Shown one piece after another: positions 62,972 to 64,000 of a stretch of 64,000 nucleotides of DNA. This stretch comes from Deltaproteobacteria bacterium (GTDB lineage: Bacteria > Myxococcota_A > Polyangia > JAAYKL01). A program made the translations under genes and the position numbers. The stretch is from the NCBI GenBank assembly GCA_016935665.1, contig JAFGQN010000070.1:378-64377 (forward strand). The letters are read 5' to 3'. Numbering within the stretch: the stretch's first letter is position 1; every line of letters starts with the position of its first letter. Below the pieces are notes generated by a model that was given only the letters and a program-made list of their open reading frames with translations, searched no databases and was not told the DNA's origin.

Positions 62972-63721
62972 ATGAATGATCTGATTTTTAAAGTGATGGT
63001 CATTGATGACGAACCGCTTGCCCGCAAAGAGATGCGGTTTCTTTTAAGGGAACACCTGGACTTCAGCGTGGAATGGGAGGCGGGCAGCGTCGCTGAAGCA
63101 CAGCGCATTCTTTCAGCGTGTCAGCCGGATGTTGTCTTTCTCGATATTCATCTGCGCGGCGGCAATGGATTCGATTTGATGGAATTATTCAGTGACGCCT
63201 CCGATGTGGTTTTTGTAACCGCTCATGATGAATACGCCATTCGCGCATTTGAAGTGAATGCCCTTGATTATCTGACGAAACCGGTTGCCATGACCCGTCT
63301 GGAATCGACCCTCGACCGTCTGCGACGAAAGCCCGGCGGCTTGCCAGTGCCGTCCCTGTCAAAGGGCGGGGCCGGGCCATGTCGTGAAGATGACAAGGTT
63401 TTTATTGCCGCAAGCACGGGCAGACTCTTCGTTAACTGCTCGCAAATACAGAGCATCTCCACTGTCGGCGGCAATTACCTGTTAATCAAACGCATCTCCG
63501 GCGCGGAGCATCTTGTCAGAGGAACGGTAAAAGACTGGGAGCAAAAGCTGCCCCCGGAACTGTTTCTGCGCGTTCATCGCAACGCCATTGTCAATGTTTC
63601 CCGGATTCGTTGTCTCACAAGAATCGCACCAAGAAAACATGCTGTTGTTCTTGTCGATGACAGCACCGAGTACAGCATCAGCCGCACCCTTATAAGTCAT
63701 GTGGAGCAGTTGCTGACGTAA
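62972..63721 (+). CDS. LytTR-family response regulator
   Basis: The REC domain has KVMVIDDEPLARKEM and PDVVFLDIHLRGGNGFDL. The C-terminal LytTR has FLRVHRNAIVNVSRI. Confidence 0.9.
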   Translation: MNDLIFKVMVIDDEPLARKEMRFLLREHLDFSVEWEAGSVAEAQRILSACQPDVVFLDIHLRGGNGFDLMELFSDASDVVFVTAHDEYAIRAFEVNALDYLTKPVAMTRLESTLDRLRRKPGGLPVPSLSKGGAGPCREDDKVFIAASTGRLFVNCSQIQSISTVGGNYLLIKRISGAEHLVRGTVKDWEQKLPPELFLRVHRNAIVNVSRIRCLTRIAPRKHAVVLVDDSTEYSISRTLISHVEQLLT

Positions 63722-64000
63722 AAACGTTTCCCGACCGCAGGGCTCGGATGCACCAGGCAATTCATCCGGCCAGTGTTGTGCAGGTTGTCGTAACTGAGCA
63801 TTGGTGGTGTGAAGAATGCGGTCTTGTATTCCTGCGTTTTCAGTAGCGAGACAATCTGGTGGCAGTTGAATTCAGGAATGTACTTCAAGATAGTGGAAAG
63901 TGTGGCGCCTGGACACGTGCCGCAGTGATAACTGACAAACTGCGGCTTTGGGCCGGGAAAATCGAATAAAATAAATTTGTTAGCCGGTTATATCAGATGC

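Noticed and set aside
63697-63990. Minus-strand frame at the right edge containing FVSYHCGTCPG (thioredoxin-like CxxC)
   Set aside because: A stop at about 63988-63990 bounds the frame. The only start codon (TTG 63888) lies downstream of the CxxC, leaving a 63-aa ORF that overlaps the response-regulator 3' end. It cannot be supported as a gene.
1-64000. Search for tRNA/rRNA genes, integrases, transposases, IS ends, reverse transcriptase (retron/DGR) and cas genes
   Set aside because: By eye I found no T-loop/acceptor-like tRNA signature and no recombinase, transposase or RT motifs in any long ORF. The AT-rich segments are therefore not called mobile elements. A tRNAscan/HMM run would be needed to be certain.

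Overview
64-kb bacterial chromosomal window with genes on both strands. All family calls come from motif recognition by eye; no searches or statistics were run.

**Lineage guess (inference only):** a delta-proteobacteria-like organism of the Myxococcota/Bdellovibrionota type. The basis is delta-60-repeat and Kelch beta-propeller lipoproteins, a Myxococcus-type cysteine-rich repeat, MopE-like Cys/Asp modules, and many lipoproteins with long D/S/T-rich linkers right after the lipobox Cys.

**Backbone genes recognised from motifs:**
- a 7-gene V/A-type ATPase operon (24.8-31.8 kb)
- aspS and mltG
- a DUF21-CBS-CorC transporter and a CorA-like channel
- an FHA protein and an L,D-transpeptidase-like lipoprotein
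- an AraC regulator and a LytS/LytTR two-component pair

**Accessory or conflict-like content:**
1. A visibly AT-rich stand-alone 1,752-aa P-loop NTPase (0.2-5.5 kb) next to a zone of gene fragments.
2. A P-loop NTPase + TPR two-gene module (11.6-14.4 kb), followed by six palindromes phased exactly 42 bp apart (14.9-15.1 kb).
3. An AT-rich ~6-kb segment (17.4-23.6 kb) bracketed by an imperfect direct repeat. It holds an 871-aa AAA+ protein with a large unknown N-domain, a 95-aa ORF, and an AvcD/DCD-like kinase-deaminase defence gene with its own promoter. A minus-strand terminator there suggests an antisense RNA.
4. A surface-protein cluster (48-60.7 kb): a CxxxC cysteine-ladder lipoprotein and a four-ORF operon of giant Cys-rich/Gly-rich beta-helix lipoproteins. 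In that operon a signal-peptide ORF and a 1,291-aa ORF are separated by a single in-frame TAG.

Several genes are decayed (GH5, RND and OMP fragments). No rRNA, tRNA, CRISPR array, integrase or transposase was recognised.
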